64,000 nt of DNA from an uncultured delta proteobacterium. GTDB lineage: Bacteria; Myxococcota; Myxococcia; SLRQ01. A program made the position numbers and the translations under genes. Below are positions 10,772 through 20,130 of this stretch, in pieces. Position 1 is the first letter of the stretch. The number at the start of each line of letters is the position of its first letter. Where the stretch lies: NCBI GenBank assembly GCA_963727485.1, contig CAVSGM010000001.1:384001-448000 (forward strand), in the 5' to 3' direction. Below the pieces are notes generated by a model. That model did not search any database, was not told where the DNA came from, and worked only from the letters and a program-made list of their open reading frames with translations.

Positions 10772-12001
10772 TCACTCCTCCCTCATCGCCTGCACCGGGT
10801 CGAGGCGGGCGGCCCGCGCCGCCGGCCACAGGGCCGAGAGGATGGCGACCACGAAGAGGAAGACCACGATCCACACGATGCGGCTCGGGAGGATCACCGC
10901 CCGCAGCACCGGGTCGAAGTTGACGCCGGCCCAGGAGAAGCCGTGGGTGAAGGCCGAGAGGTCGAGGCCCCAGTGGACCAGCGCCGCGTCCATGCCCAGC
11001 CCCAGCGCCACCCCCACCGCGCCGGCGATCAGCCCCAGGAGGGCGGCCTCGAAGATCACCATCCACACGATGCGCCAGGGCGTGAGCCCCAGCGCCTTGA
11101 GGACCCCCAGCTCCTTGGTGCGCTCGAAGACCGACATCAGCATGGTGTTGAGCACCCCGAAGGCGGCGACCGCGAAGACGATGAAGAGCAGCACCCAGGC
11201 GGTGGCGTTCTGTACCTGCACCATCTGGGCGGCGGTGGGATCGATCTGGCTCCAGGTGCGCACCAGGAGGTGGTCGCCGGCGAGCGCCCGCTTCACCCGC
11301 GCCGCCAGGGCCGGCACCGCCCGGCGGTCGGTCGCCAGCATCGCCACCTCGTGGATCCTCCCGGGGAGGACCAGCAGCGACTGGAGGTCGGGGAGGGTCA
11401 TGAAGGCGGTGCCCCGGTCGAGCATCGCCGAGCCGGTCCTGTAGATGCCCACCACGTGGTAGAGGTCGTTGCCCAGGGAGCCGTCGGCCGCCTGGGTCAC
11501 GGCCACCACCTCGCTGCCCACCTTCACCTTGAGGTTGTCGGCGAGGTCGGCGCCGAGGAGGATGTCGTGGCTCTCGCCCTCGCGCAGGTAGCGGCCCTTG
11601 ACCATGTGGGTGTGGACCAGGGTGACCTTCGCCTCGCGCTCGGGGTCGATGCCCGCGAGGCGCACCCCGGTGGAGGTCTGCTTCCCGCCGACCAGCGCGA
11701 AGCCGTAGACCCGGGGGGCGACGCCGGCGGTGCCCTTCACCGAGGCGAGCTCGGCCATCACCCGCTTCTGGTCCATGGTGGCGTGGAGCGAGTGCTGCTT
11801 CGGCCAGGCGGGATCGTGGACCTGCACGTGGCCCATCTGGGTCTGGACCAGGGTCACGAACATCTTGGCGAACATCCCGTCGAAGAGCGCCACCATGGCC
11901 ATGCTCATGGCCACGCCCACGGCCATGGCGCCGGCGGTGATGAGGGAGCGGCGACCTTGGCGGCCGATGTTGCGCCAGGCGATGCGGAGGAGGGCGAGCA
12001 T
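10772..12001 (-). CDS. ABC transporter permease (LolC/E, FtsX/MacB family)
   Basis: AWRNIGRQGRRSLIT...NTMLMSVFERTKELGVLKALG...AARLDPVQAMR. Confidence 0.93.
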   Translation of the reverse strand: MLALLRIAWRNIGRQGRRSLITAGAMAVGVAMSMAMVALFDGMFAKMFVTLVQTQMGHVQVHDPAWPKQHSLHATMDQKRVMAELASVKGTAGVAPRVYGFALVGGKQTSTGVRLAGIDPEREAKVTLVHTHMVKGRYLREGESHDILLGADLADNLKVKVGSEVVAVTQAADGSLGNDLYHVVGIYRTGSAMLDRGTAFMTLPDLQSLLVLPGRIHEVAMLATDRRAVPALAARVKRALAGDHLLVRTWSQIDPTAAQMVQVQNATAWVLLFIVFAVAAFGVLNTMLMSVFERTKELGVLKALGLTPWRIVWMVIFEAALLGLIAGAVGVALGLGMDAALVHWGLDLSAFTHGFSWAGVNFDPVLRAVILPSRIVWIVVFLFVVAILSALWPAARAARLDPVQAMREE

Positions 12002-12005
12002 GGCG

Positions 12006-12782
12006 TCAGCGCCGGAGGGCCTGGAGCGAGAAGGTCCGGGGCGGGAGGTCGGCGCCGATGCGGAGGGTGTCGTAGTGGAGGGTGGTGTACTCGCCCGGGT
12101 GCTCCTCGGGCACCAGCTTCATGGTGGTCGGGAGCTGGCGGCCGTCGATGTCCTTGACGTCCGAGTAGGTCATGGTGCGCACCAGCTTCCCCTTCTCGTC
12201 GTAGTAGCGGACGACCTTGGGCAGGGCGGTCTTGCCGTCGATGGAGACCACCACCTTCCCCCAGACCACCGGGGCGTTGGGCTTGGGGATCATGGTGATG
12301 ACGTAGTCGCCCTTCCCCTTGGCCCCCGGCTTCGCGGTCATGGTCGCGTCGTAGTCGTCGGAGAAGCGGCTCTCCTGCACCAGGTCGTCGTTGGTGAAGT
12401 GGCTGCCCATCCACGAGCTCGACATCATCGCCGCCGGCACCTTGATGGTGCGGTCGATCTTGGGGAGGTAGTTCCAGAGGTTGTCGCCCACCCGCAGGGT
12501 GGTGACGCCCTTCTCCTTGGCGGGCTCGAGGATGCGGATGAGGGCCTTGTCCTTCCCCTGGCTCATGACCCGGATCTTCAGGTGGCGCTCGAAGCTCGAG
12601 GTCTTCACGTGCATCTCCACGGTGGCCTCGGAGCTCTTGCCCCGGAACAGGTCGTCGACCCGGTCGAGGAGGCGCTTGACCTCCGGGTCCATGGCCCGGG
12701 CGGGGCGGGGCACGGCGGCGATGAGGAGGCCCGCGGCGGCGGCGAGGACGGCGAGAGAGGAAACAGAAGGACGGCGCATCAT
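12006..12782 (-). CDS. Outer-membrane lipoprotein-sorting protein (LolA-like)
   Basis: Signal peptide; P..EKG...L...NLWNYLPKIDRTIK...SWMGSHFTNDDL motif typical of this family. Confidence 0.85.
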   Translation of the reverse strand: MMRRPSVSSLAVLAAAAGLLIAAVPRPARAMDPEVKRLLDRVDDLFRGKSSEATVEMHVKTSSFERHLKIRVMSQGKDKALIRILEPAKEKGVTTLRVGDNLWNYLPKIDRTIKVPAAMMSSSWMGSHFTNDDLVQESRFSDDYDATMTAKPGAKGKGDYVITMIPKPNAPVVWGKVVVSIDGKTALPKVVRYYDEKGKLVRTMTYSDVKDIDGRQLPTTMKLVPEEHPGEYTTLHYDTLRIGADLPPRTFSLQALRR

Positions 12783-13438
12783 GGCTTCTCCTTCGACTTC
12801 GACTTCTTGGGCTTCGACCTGGACTTCGTCGGGGGACGGGGCGCCTCGAGCCCTTCGACGAGCTGCTCGAAGGCCGGGCGCAGGGTGTCGGCGGGATCGC
12901 CGGTGCTCGGGTCCATGACCCACATCAGCACCAGGCCCTCCATCAGGGCCACGATGGACACCGCGGTGACCTCGGGGTCCACCTCGCGGAGCTCGCCGCG
13001 GTCGATGCCTTCCCGAAGCAGGGTGGCCAGGCCCGCGCGGTACTCGGCGTAGTAGCGCTGGAGGTAGCCGCGCACCGCCTTGCTGCGCATGGCGATGGCG
13101 TAGAACTCGTAGGTGATGGGGATGACCGCGCGGGTGCGCTCCACGTCGGCGATGGCGGCCTCGGCGAGGCGGCGCAGGCGGTCGGGGACCGGACCGTCGT
13201 GGTGGAGGACCTCGTCGAAGGCGCCGACGCTGCCGCCGAAGAGCCGCTCGAGCAGCGCGACGATGATCGCGTCCTTGCTATCGAAGTACCAGTAGAGCGC
13301 GCCCTTGGAGAGGCCCGAGGCCTTCACGATGTCGTCCATCCGCGCCTTCTGGAAGCCGAGGCGGGAGAAGACCTTCAGCGCCGCGTCGACGATCTGGCTC
13401 TTGCGGGCTTCGCTGACGTCGGGGCGGGGGGGGCTCAC
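12779..13438 (-). CDS. TetR/AcrR family transcriptional regulator
   Basis: IVDAALKVFSRLGFQKARMDDIVKASGLSKGALYWYFDSK helix-turn-helix; GGAGG RBS before GTG. Confidence 0.95.
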   Translation of the reverse strand: MSPPRPDVSEARKSQIVDAALKVFSRLGFQKARMDDIVKASGLSKGALYWYFDSKDAIIVALLERLFGGSVGAFDEVLHHDGPVPDRLRRLAEAAIADVERTRAVIPITYEFYAIAMRSKAVRGYLQRYYAEYRAGLATLLREGIDRGELREVDPEVTAVSIVALMEGLVLMWVMDPSTGDPADTLRPAFEQLVEGLEAPRPPTKSRSKPKKSKSKEKP

Positions 13439-13468
13439 GGACAATCCTCCAGGCCGGCGGAAAGATAA

Positions 13469-13488
13469 CAGACCGACCGGTCGGTTTG
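13469..13488. promoter_or_regulatory. Palindromic TetR operator (ACCGACCGGTCGGT core)
   Basis: Perfect 14-bp palindrome at 13472-13485, extendable with one mismatched pair, about 30 nt upstream of the tetR start. Confidence 0.75.
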
Positions 13489-13536
13489 GAGACTACGTCG
13501 CCGGTTCCGCCGGCGCAACCCCCATCGGCGGGAACC

Positions 13537-14304
13537 CTAGAACCCGTAGACGGTCATGCCACCGTCCACGTAGAGCACCTGGCCGGTGACGTAGCTGGCG
13601 GCGTCGGAGGCGAGGAAGGCCACCGGGCCCACCAGCTCCTCCACGAGGCCCACCCGGCCCATGGGCGTCCGGTCCACCACCCGGGCGAGGTAGGCGGGGT
13701 CGCCGAGGACGCCCTCGGTGAGCGGGGTGCGGAAGTACCAGGGCCCCACGGCGTTCACCGTGACCCCCTTCGGCGCCCACTCCAGCGCCAGGATCCGGGT
13801 CATGTGGATGAGCCCCGCCTTGCTCGACCCGTAGGCGACCCCGGTGTGCAGCGCCACCCCGCCGCCCACCGAGGCGACGTTGACGATGCGCCCGCGCCCG
13901 GCCTCGCACATCACCCGGCCCGCGGCCTGGGCCATGAAGAACGGACCCCGGAGGTTGGTGCGCACCACCAGGTCGAAGTCGTCCTCGCCCACCTCGAGGG
14001 CGGGGACCCGCACGTTGGTCCCGGCGTTGTTCACCAGGACATCGAGGTGGCCGAGCTCGGCGACGGTGCGGGCGACCGCCGCCTCCACCGCCGCCCGGTC
14101 GGTGACGTCGGCGGGGATGGCCAGGGCCCGGCGGCCCAGGGCCCGGACGGCGTCGGCGGCGGCCTCGATCTCCGAGGCGGTGCGGGCGAGGCAGACCACG
14201 TCGGCCCCGAGGCCCGCCAGCCCCTCGGCGAGCGCCCGGCCGATGCCCCGGCCGGCGCCGGTGACCAGGGCCACCCGTCCCGTGAGGTCGAAGGGGACCG
14301 CCAT
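13537..14304 (-). CDS. SDR family NAD(P)-dependent oxidoreductase (gluconate 5-dehydrogenase-like)
   Basis: TGAGRGIG, NNAG, YGSSK and VDGG motifs. Confidence 0.93.
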   Translation of the reverse strand: MAVPFDLTGRVALVTGAGRGIGRALAEGLAGLGADVVCLARTASEIEAAADAVRALGRRALAIPADVTDRAAVEAAVARTVAELGHLDVLVNNAGTNVRVPALEVGEDDFDLVVRTNLRGPFFMAQAAGRVMCEAGRGRIVNVASVGGGVALHTGVAYGSSKAGLIHMTRILALEWAPKGVTVNAVGPWYFRTPLTEGVLGDPAYLARVVDRTPMGRVGLVEELVGPVAFLASDAASYVTGQVLYVDGGMTVYGF

Positions 14305-14311
14305 GGCCACC

Positions 14312-16156
14312 CTAGAAGGCCACCACCAGCTTGCGCCCGGCCTTGAGGCTCCTGGGATCGGTGATCCCGTTCCACTGGCGCAGCTGCTTGACGGTGCACC
14401 CGAAGCGCTGGGCCACCGACCACAGGGTCTCGCCCGGGGCCAGGACGTGGATCCGCTTCCCGCCGTGGCCGGCGGGCGCCTGGCCCTTGGCCGCCACCGC
14501 CCGGGTCGCCGCCGCCGGGCCGGGGAGCCGGAGCTTCTGGCCGATGTGGAGCAGCACGTGGTCCCGGTCGCGGAGATCGTTGACCCGGCACAGGGCGGTG
14601 GTGGTCACCCCGAAGCGCTGGGCGATGGACCAGAGGGTGTCCCCGGCGGTGACGGTGTAGACGCCCCCGTGGGCGCGGCCGGCGCTGTGGGCCTCGGGCT
14701 TGGGCGCCCGGCGGGCGAGGTGGGCCCGGTCGGCGAGGCGCCGGCCCCGGCGGCCGTAGGGCAGGGGGACGATGAGGTCCATCCCCAGGCGCAGGGCCCG
14801 GGCGTTGCGGATCCCGTTGATGGCCATCAGATCGCGGGGGCGGCAGTCGTAGGCCCGGGCGAGGCCCCAGAGGGTGTCGCCGGCGCGCACCCGGTGCCGG
14901 GCGTAGACCCGCTGCCGGGTGGGCTTGAGGTGGCTCTTGTGCTTCTCGAAGGTGGGCTTGCTCCCGGCGGGGATGCGCAGGCTGTAGGCCTTCTCCCCGC
15001 GCGCCGGGGGCGGCGTCACCCACCGGCGCAGCTCGGGGTTCAAGGTCTTGACCGCGTCGAAGGAGACCCCGGCGGCCCGGGCGATGTCCCGCAGGGCGGT
15101 GGGCGCCTTGATCTTCACCGTGTCGTACTTGAACGGCTTGACCGGCGCGGCCCCCGGCGGGTCGAAGCCAAAGGCCTTGGGGAAGCGGGTGATGAGGGCG
15201 GCGGCGAGGATCTTGGGGACGTAGCGGCAGGTCTCGTCCGGGAGCAGCCCCCGGCGGCACAGGGTCCAGTAGTCGTGGATCCCGCTGGAGTCCATGGCCC
15301 GCTGCACCCGCCCGGGCCCGGCGTTGTAGCCGGCGAAGGCGAGGTACCAGTCGCCGAACTGCTGGTGGAGCCAGGCGAGGTAGCGGGCGGCGGCCTCGGT
15401 GGCCTTCACCGGGTCCCGGCGCTCGTCGACCCAGGGGTCCATGCGCAGGTCGTAGAGGTGGGCGGTGGAGCGGATGAACTGCCAGGGGCCCACCGCCCGC
15501 GCCGCCGAGTAGGCAAACGGCGCGAACCCCGACTCGACCATGGACACGAACACCAGGTCGTGGGGCAGCCCGTCGTCCTTGAGGAGGGTGCCGAGGAGGG
15601 GGATGTAGCGACCGGCGCGATCGAGCCACTTCTGGAAGTGGGGATGCCCCGGGCCGACGGCGAAGTAGTCGACGAGCTCCCGGACCTCGTCGTTGACCAC
15701 CATGGGGATGTCGAAGAGGTGGCGGGCGACCCGGAGATCGATGGCGTCGAGGCCGGTGACCCCGGGGGCCCCGACCAGGGCCGCGGGACCCGGGCAGTTG
15801 CGGCAGAACAGGTCGTCGCCGAGGAGCGGGTCGAGGGCGCCGCCCACGTTGAGGCGCAGGGGGGAGACCGCGCCGAGGCCGCGCATGTCGTCGAGGGCGC
15901 TCCCGGCGACCTCGGCGGGGCTGGGCAGGAGGCCCGCCTTCTGCTCGGCGGCACGCTCGGCGGCGAGGTCCTGGCTCTCCTTCTCGACCTCCGGGGCCTC
16001 GGCGGGGGTGAGGTCGTCGGCGGCGGGGGTGGGCCCGGCGTCGGCGGCCTTGGCCGTGGCGGACGGGGCGGCCGGGGCCGGCGCACCGGTGGCGTGGGCC
16101 GCCGGGGCGACGGCGGTCGACAGGGCCAGCGCCGCGAGGGCTGCGATACGCCTCAT
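14312..16156 (-). CDS. MltD-like lytic transglycosylase with three LysM domains
   Basis: VESGF...AVGPWQFI, AGYNAG and ETCRYVPK SLT motifs; three LysM repeats (GDTLWGLA, GDTLWSIA, GETLWSVA). Confidence 0.92.
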   Translation of the reverse strand: MRRIAALAALALSTAVAPAAHATGAPAPAAPSATAKAADAGPTPAADDLTPAEAPEVEKESQDLAAERAAEQKAGLLPSPAEVAGSALDDMRGLGAVSPLRLNVGGALDPLLGDDLFCRNCPGPAALVGAPGVTGLDAIDLRVARHLFDIPMVVNDEVRELVDYFAVGPGHPHFQKWLDRAGRYIPLLGTLLKDDGLPHDLVFVSMVESGFAPFAYSAARAVGPWQFIRSTAHLYDLRMDPWVDERRDPVKATEAAARYLAWLHQQFGDWYLAFAGYNAGPGRVQRAMDSSGIHDYWTLCRRGLLPDETCRYVPKILAAALITRFPKAFGFDPPGAAPVKPFKYDTVKIKAPTALRDIARAAGVSFDAVKTLNPELRRWVTPPPARGEKAYSLRIPAGSKPTFEKHKSHLKPTRQRVYARHRVRAGDTLWGLARAYDCRPRDLMAINGIRNARALRLGMDLIVPLPYGRRGRRLADRAHLARRAPKPEAHSAGRAHGGVYTVTAGDTLWSIAQRFGVTTTALCRVNDLRDRDHVLLHIGQKLRLPGPAAATRAVAAKGQAPAGHGGKRIHVLAPGETLWSVAQRFGCTVKQLRQWNGITDPRSLKAGRKLVVAF

Positions 16157-16173
16157 CCCGCACTCCTGACAGG

Positions 16174-17811
16174 CTACTGCTTCGACTTCGACGGGACCCC
16201 GACGGCGGTGCCGTGCCCGGGGCCGATGATCTGCTTCAGGTAGGCATCGTAGTCGAAGTTGGGGCTGTGCTCACCTCGGTGGCAGGTCACGCACACCGCC
16301 GCGGGCACCTTCAGACGGATGGTGGCCTTCTTCTGCGCCACCGTCTGTGCCGCCAGGTGCCGCGACGCCGGGCCGTGGCAGCTCTCGCACTGCACGTCCT
16401 TCATCGGGGACAGGTGGGGCGCCACGGTCTTGGTGATCTTCGTGAGGTCGCACACGCCGCCGGGCTCCTGCCACCCGGTGACGTGGCAGCCGACGCACTC
16501 CAGGTCGTACTGCTTGTGGTCGTCGACCAGGGTCTTCCAGGCGTCGGCGTGGCGCATGTGCTTCCAGAACACGTACTCGCTGCGGTGGCACCCGGCGCAG
16601 GCCTCGGCGCCCACGTAGTGGGCCTTCCCCTTGGCCGGGGCCGGGCAGGTCTGGGGGTGGGCCTTGGCCCAGGCGAGGTTGAGGTCCCCGAGGTGCTGGT
16701 CGTAGGCGTCGATCTCGGCCTTGGCCCACTTGGCCTGGGGCAGGTTCCCGGACACCGGCTCGAAGCGCCAGGTGAACGCCACCTTGCCCGCAGGCCAGGG
16801 GGTCTTGGCGGCCACCAGCGCCGCCTTGCGTCCCTGGAGCTCGTGGACCTTTCCGGTGAGGACCCCGGCGAGGTCCTGGTTCCCGCCCTTCGTGGCCTCG
16901 GTGATCTGGCGCTTCATCCGGGCGATCCGGTCCTCGAGGAGCTTCACGTCGTGGGACCTCGCCGCGGCCCCCTGGACCAGGGTGACCGCGGACGGGGCCC
17001 CCGGCGGCACCCGGAGCTCGAGGATCCCGAGGCTCCGCCCCTGGCTCATGGGCCGGAACACCGGCACCCCGCCGCCGACCACCGCCCGGTCGGTGTCCCC
17101 CTGGCTGGGGTCGTCGAGGTGCCCGGCGATCACCGCGTCCACGGTGCCGGTGAGGTGGGTCGCCGCCGCCATGGCGGTCTTGAGGCCCACGTTGGCGAGC
17201 ACCACCACCACCCGCGGGTGGCCCAGGAGGTGGGCGCGCTCGGCCTCGACGGCGTTGGCCACCGCCTCGCCGCTCGCCCCCACGTCGCTCACCGCCACCA
17301 CCCCCACCTGCACCCCGCCGACGTCGAAGGTGTGGCTCCCGGTGACCCCGCCCTCGGCCACCAGGGAGCGGTCGCCGAGGTCCTTGGCCCAGACCCCGGG
17401 CCCCAGGGCCTTGTCGGTGGGCCCGGGGACGGTGTGGACCCCGAGGCGGGTGAGGATCTTCGCCAGGGTGCCCGCCTTGGCCCGGGCCTGGCCGGCCATC
17501 TTCGGGTCGACCTTGGCCCCGTCGGAGAGGGTGTCGCCGGCGTCGAGGTAGAGGACCCCGTCGTGCTGCTGCTTCAGCGCCTCCACCAGACCGGCGGTCC
17601 GGGCGATGCCCCCGAGCTGGCCCTTCACGCAGCCGCAGGGCTCGAGGTAGCCGAGCAGATCGGCGGTGAAGGCGATGGCCACGCGCTTGGGCGCCGCGGC
17701 GGGGGCGGCGGCGTCGCGTTCGGGGCCGGGGCGATCGGGGCAGGAGGCGATGCCGGTGAGGCCGAGGAGCAGGGCCGCGGCGGGGAGCAGGGTCCGGAGT
17801 CGGCGTCGCAT
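16174..17811 (-). CDS. Lipoprotein with a degenerate 5'-nucleotidase/UshA-like domain (EPCGC) and a C-terminal tetraheme cytochrome c (c554-like)
   Basis: Lipobox-like GIASC; GYLEPCGC...GGIAR...LDAGD; four CxxCH motifs (CAGCH, CVGCH, CESCH, CVTCH). Confidence 0.85.
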   Translation of the reverse strand: MRRRLRTLLPAAALLLGLTGIASCPDRPGPERDAAAPAAAPKRVAIAFTADLLGYLEPCGCVKGQLGGIARTAGLVEALKQQHDGVLYLDAGDTLSDGAKVDPKMAGQARAKAGTLAKILTRLGVHTVPGPTDKALGPGVWAKDLGDRSLVAEGGVTGSHTFDVGGVQVGVVAVSDVGASGEAVANAVEAERAHLLGHPRVVVVLANVGLKTAMAAATHLTGTVDAVIAGHLDDPSQGDTDRAVVGGGVPVFRPMSQGRSLGILELRVPPGAPSAVTLVQGAAARSHDVKLLEDRIARMKRQITEATKGGNQDLAGVLTGKVHELQGRKAALVAAKTPWPAGKVAFTWRFEPVSGNLPQAKWAKAEIDAYDQHLGDLNLAWAKAHPQTCPAPAKGKAHYVGAEACAGCHRSEYVFWKHMRHADAWKTLVDDHKQYDLECVGCHVTGWQEPGGVCDLTKITKTVAPHLSPMKDVQCESCHGPASRHLAAQTVAQKKATIRLKVPAAVCVTCHRGEHSPNFDYDAYLKQIIGPGHGTAVGVPSKSKQ

Positions 17812-18518
17812 CAGCGGTGGAGGGGGCAGCCGAAGCTGTGGATGATCGGGTTCACCGGGCGCCGGCCTTCGAGGTGGCTGTTGAGCGCCGGCTCGAGGTC
17901 GGTGGCGTCGGCGCGCCGGGGGTCGGTGGTGGGGCGCAGGGCGTTGCCGATGCTCCCGTGGTAGCGCAGCCGGTGGTCGGCGCCGATGAGGTAGGCGTCG
18001 GGGGTGCCCCGGGCCCCGAGGGCCTTGGCCACCTCGCCCTTGGCGTCGAGGAGCACCGGGAAGGGCAGGTGGGCCTTCCGGTGCCAGGCGGCGACGGCCT
18101 GGGGCGGCTCGTCGGTGTTGGCGTCGATGGCGAGGAAGTGGATCCCGTGCTTGCGGTAGCGCCGGGCGAGCTTGCGAAGGACCCCGTCGTAGGCGGTGGC
18201 GTAGGGGCAGCGGTCGGAGACGAAGACCACCACCGCCCCCTTGCGGCCCAGGGCGCGGTAGAGCGAGTGGGCGTGGCCCGCGGGGTCCTCGAGGGTGAAG
18301 TCCTTCACCACCGCGTCGATCTTCGGCTGGCCCTTGGGCCAGGGCTTGGCCGGCGGGGCCGCGTCGGCCTCGGCGGGCTTGTCGCTCGCCGGTGTCTTGG
18401 CCGCGACCGGGGCGGCGACCTTGGCCGTGGGCGGCGCCTTCGCCGGCGGGGCGGCCTTCCGGGTGCAGCCGAAGGCGAGCAGGGGGATGGCGAGGGTGAG
18501 GGGGGTGAGCCGTCTCAT
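17811..18518 (-). CDS. Redoxin (AhpC/TSA-like thioredoxin-fold) lipoprotein
   Basis: Lipobox LAFGC; DFTL, FVSDRCPY, TPDAYLI...YHGSI and C-terminal FGC. Confidence 0.85.
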   Translation of the reverse strand: MRRLTPLTLAIPLLAFGCTRKAAPPAKAPPTAKVAAPVAAKTPASDKPAEADAAPPAKPWPKGQPKIDAVVKDFTLEDPAGHAHSLYRALGRKGAVVVFVSDRCPYATAYDGVLRKLARRYRKHGIHFLAIDANTDEPPQAVAAWHRKAHLPFPVLLDAKGEVAKALGARGTPDAYLIGADHRLRYHGSIGNALRPTTDPRRADATDLEPALNSHLEGRRPVNPIIHSFGCPLHR

Positions 18519-18567
18519 GGCGTCCTCCGGTGTAGCGTCATCCCCACCAAACCGGAAGGGCCGGGAT

Positions 18568-20109
18568 TCATGCCCCGCCGTCGACCTCGGCACCGTGGAC
18601 CCGCCGCCCCCGGTACCAGGTCTCGAGCACCGGGACGTCCTTGATCCGCTCCCGGGCCACCGTCAGGGGGTCGCCCCCGAGGACGGCGAAGCTGGCGTCC
18701 TTCCCGGGGCTGATGGACCCGTGGCGCCCCTCGTTGAACCCGGCGTAGGCGGCGTCGAGGGTCATCATCCGCAGCGCCTGCTCCGCCGACACCCGCTGCT
18801 CCGGGTTCGGGTGGTTCACCGCCGCGTGCATCCCCAGCATCGGGTCCGGCGGAGTCACGTTGGTGTCCGAGCCCCCGGCGATGACGATCCCGGCGTCGAG
18901 GATCTTCGCCAGGCGGTTGGACTGGTGCCACCGATCCCCGAGGCGGCTGGCGTACATCCCGTCGGGGCCGCCCCAGAAGTACTCGAAGGCCGGCTGCATC
19001 CCCACCACCACCCCCAGGTCGGCGGCGCGCTGGATCTGGAGGTCGGTGGCGAGCTCGAAGTGCTCGATGCGGTGCCGGTGGTCGAAGCGGGGGTGCCGGT
19101 CCAGGGCCCGCTCGTAGGCGTCGAGGACCAGCTCGATGGCCCTGGGCCCGATGGCGTGGAAGGAGAGCTGGCACCCGGCGACGTGGGCCTCCTCCACGAA
19201 GGCGTTGAGCTCCCGGGCGTGCTCGTAGAGGTGGCCCTTGAGGTTGGGCTGGCCCTCGTAGGGCACGTCGAGGGCGGCGGTGTAGGACCCGATGGATCCG
19301 TCGATGAGGATGCAGCCGCCCAGGTGCCGGAAGCCCATGCGGTCGGAGAGGTAGACGTTCTTCTCCTGGAGGAAGAGGGTGACGTCGAGGGGGACCGACG
19401 CGGCCTTCTTCAGCACCACCTGCACCCCCTCGTCGCCGAAGACGCGCCCGCCCTCGAGGGCGTGGACCGCGGTGACCCCGTGGGGGATGCAGGCGGCGGC
19501 CGCGGCCTTCACCGCCTTCTCCTTCATGTCGATGGAGTAGAGGCGGGCCACCCGGGCCTTGGCGTGGAAGTAGGCCTCGGCCCGGAGGATGCCGTTGGGC
19601 TGTCCGCCGCTGTCGGTGACCAGCCCCGGGGTCCCGGCGGGGATCTCCAGGCGGCGCAGGGCGGCGCTGTTGACCACCGACGAGTGGTAGTCGATGCGGT
19701 TCACCCACACCGGCCGGTCCTTGAACATGGCGTCGAGGTCGTGCCGGGTCATCTCCCGGCCCTCGGCCAGGGCGTCCTCCTCGAACCCGTGGGCGAAGAT
19801 CCAGGTCCGCACCCCCGGCGGCAGCCCGGTCTTGAGGCGGTCGTCGACCTCCGAGAGGCTGGCGACCCCGGTGAGGTCGATCTGGAGGGCGTCGATCCCG
19901 GTCTGGAAGAAGTGGGCGTGGCTGTCGACGAAGCCCGGGACCACCACCTTCCCCCCGAGATCCACGGTGCGCTGCACCGGGGGCGGTGGCCCCTCGCCGA
20001 CCCGCTGGAAGCGGTCGCCGAGGACCAGGAACCACTCGGCCCGGGGGCGCCGCTCGTCGAGGGTGTGGATCGTCGCGTTGTGGAAGAGGACCAGCCGCCG
20101 CTCGGCCAC
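18568..20109 (-). CDS. Amidohydrolase-3 (YtcJ-like) metal-dependent hydrolase
   Basis: PGFVDSHAH, HAIG, RHRIEH, GGSD, GSISPGKDA; AGGAGG RBS. Confidence 0.92.
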   Translation of the reverse strand: MAERRLVLFHNATIHTLDERRPRAEWFLVLGDRFQRVGEGPPPPVQRTVDLGGKVVVPGFVDSHAHFFQTGIDALQIDLTGVASLSEVDDRLKTGLPPGVRTWIFAHGFEEDALAEGREMTRHDLDAMFKDRPVWVNRIDYHSSVVNSAALRRLEIPAGTPGLVTDSGGQPNGILRAEAYFHAKARVARLYSIDMKEKAVKAAAAACIPHGVTAVHALEGGRVFGDEGVQVVLKKAASVPLDVTLFLQEKNVYLSDRMGFRHLGGCILIDGSIGSYTAALDVPYEGQPNLKGHLYEHARELNAFVEEAHVAGCQLSFHAIGPRAIELVLDAYERALDRHPRFDHRHRIEHFELATDLQIQRAADLGVVVGMQPAFEYFWGGPDGMYASRLGDRWHQSNRLAKILDAGIVIAGGSDTNVTPPDPMLGMHAAVNHPNPEQRVSAEQALRMMTLDAAYAGFNEGRHGSISPGKDASFAVLGGDPLTVARERIKDVPVLETWYRGRRVHGAEVDGGA

Positions 20110-20130
20110 CCTGTGCCTCCTAGTGGTGCG

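Noticed and set aside
16174..18518. Selenocysteine recoding in the redox pair
   Set aside because: All relevant positions are Cys codons; there is no in-frame TGA.
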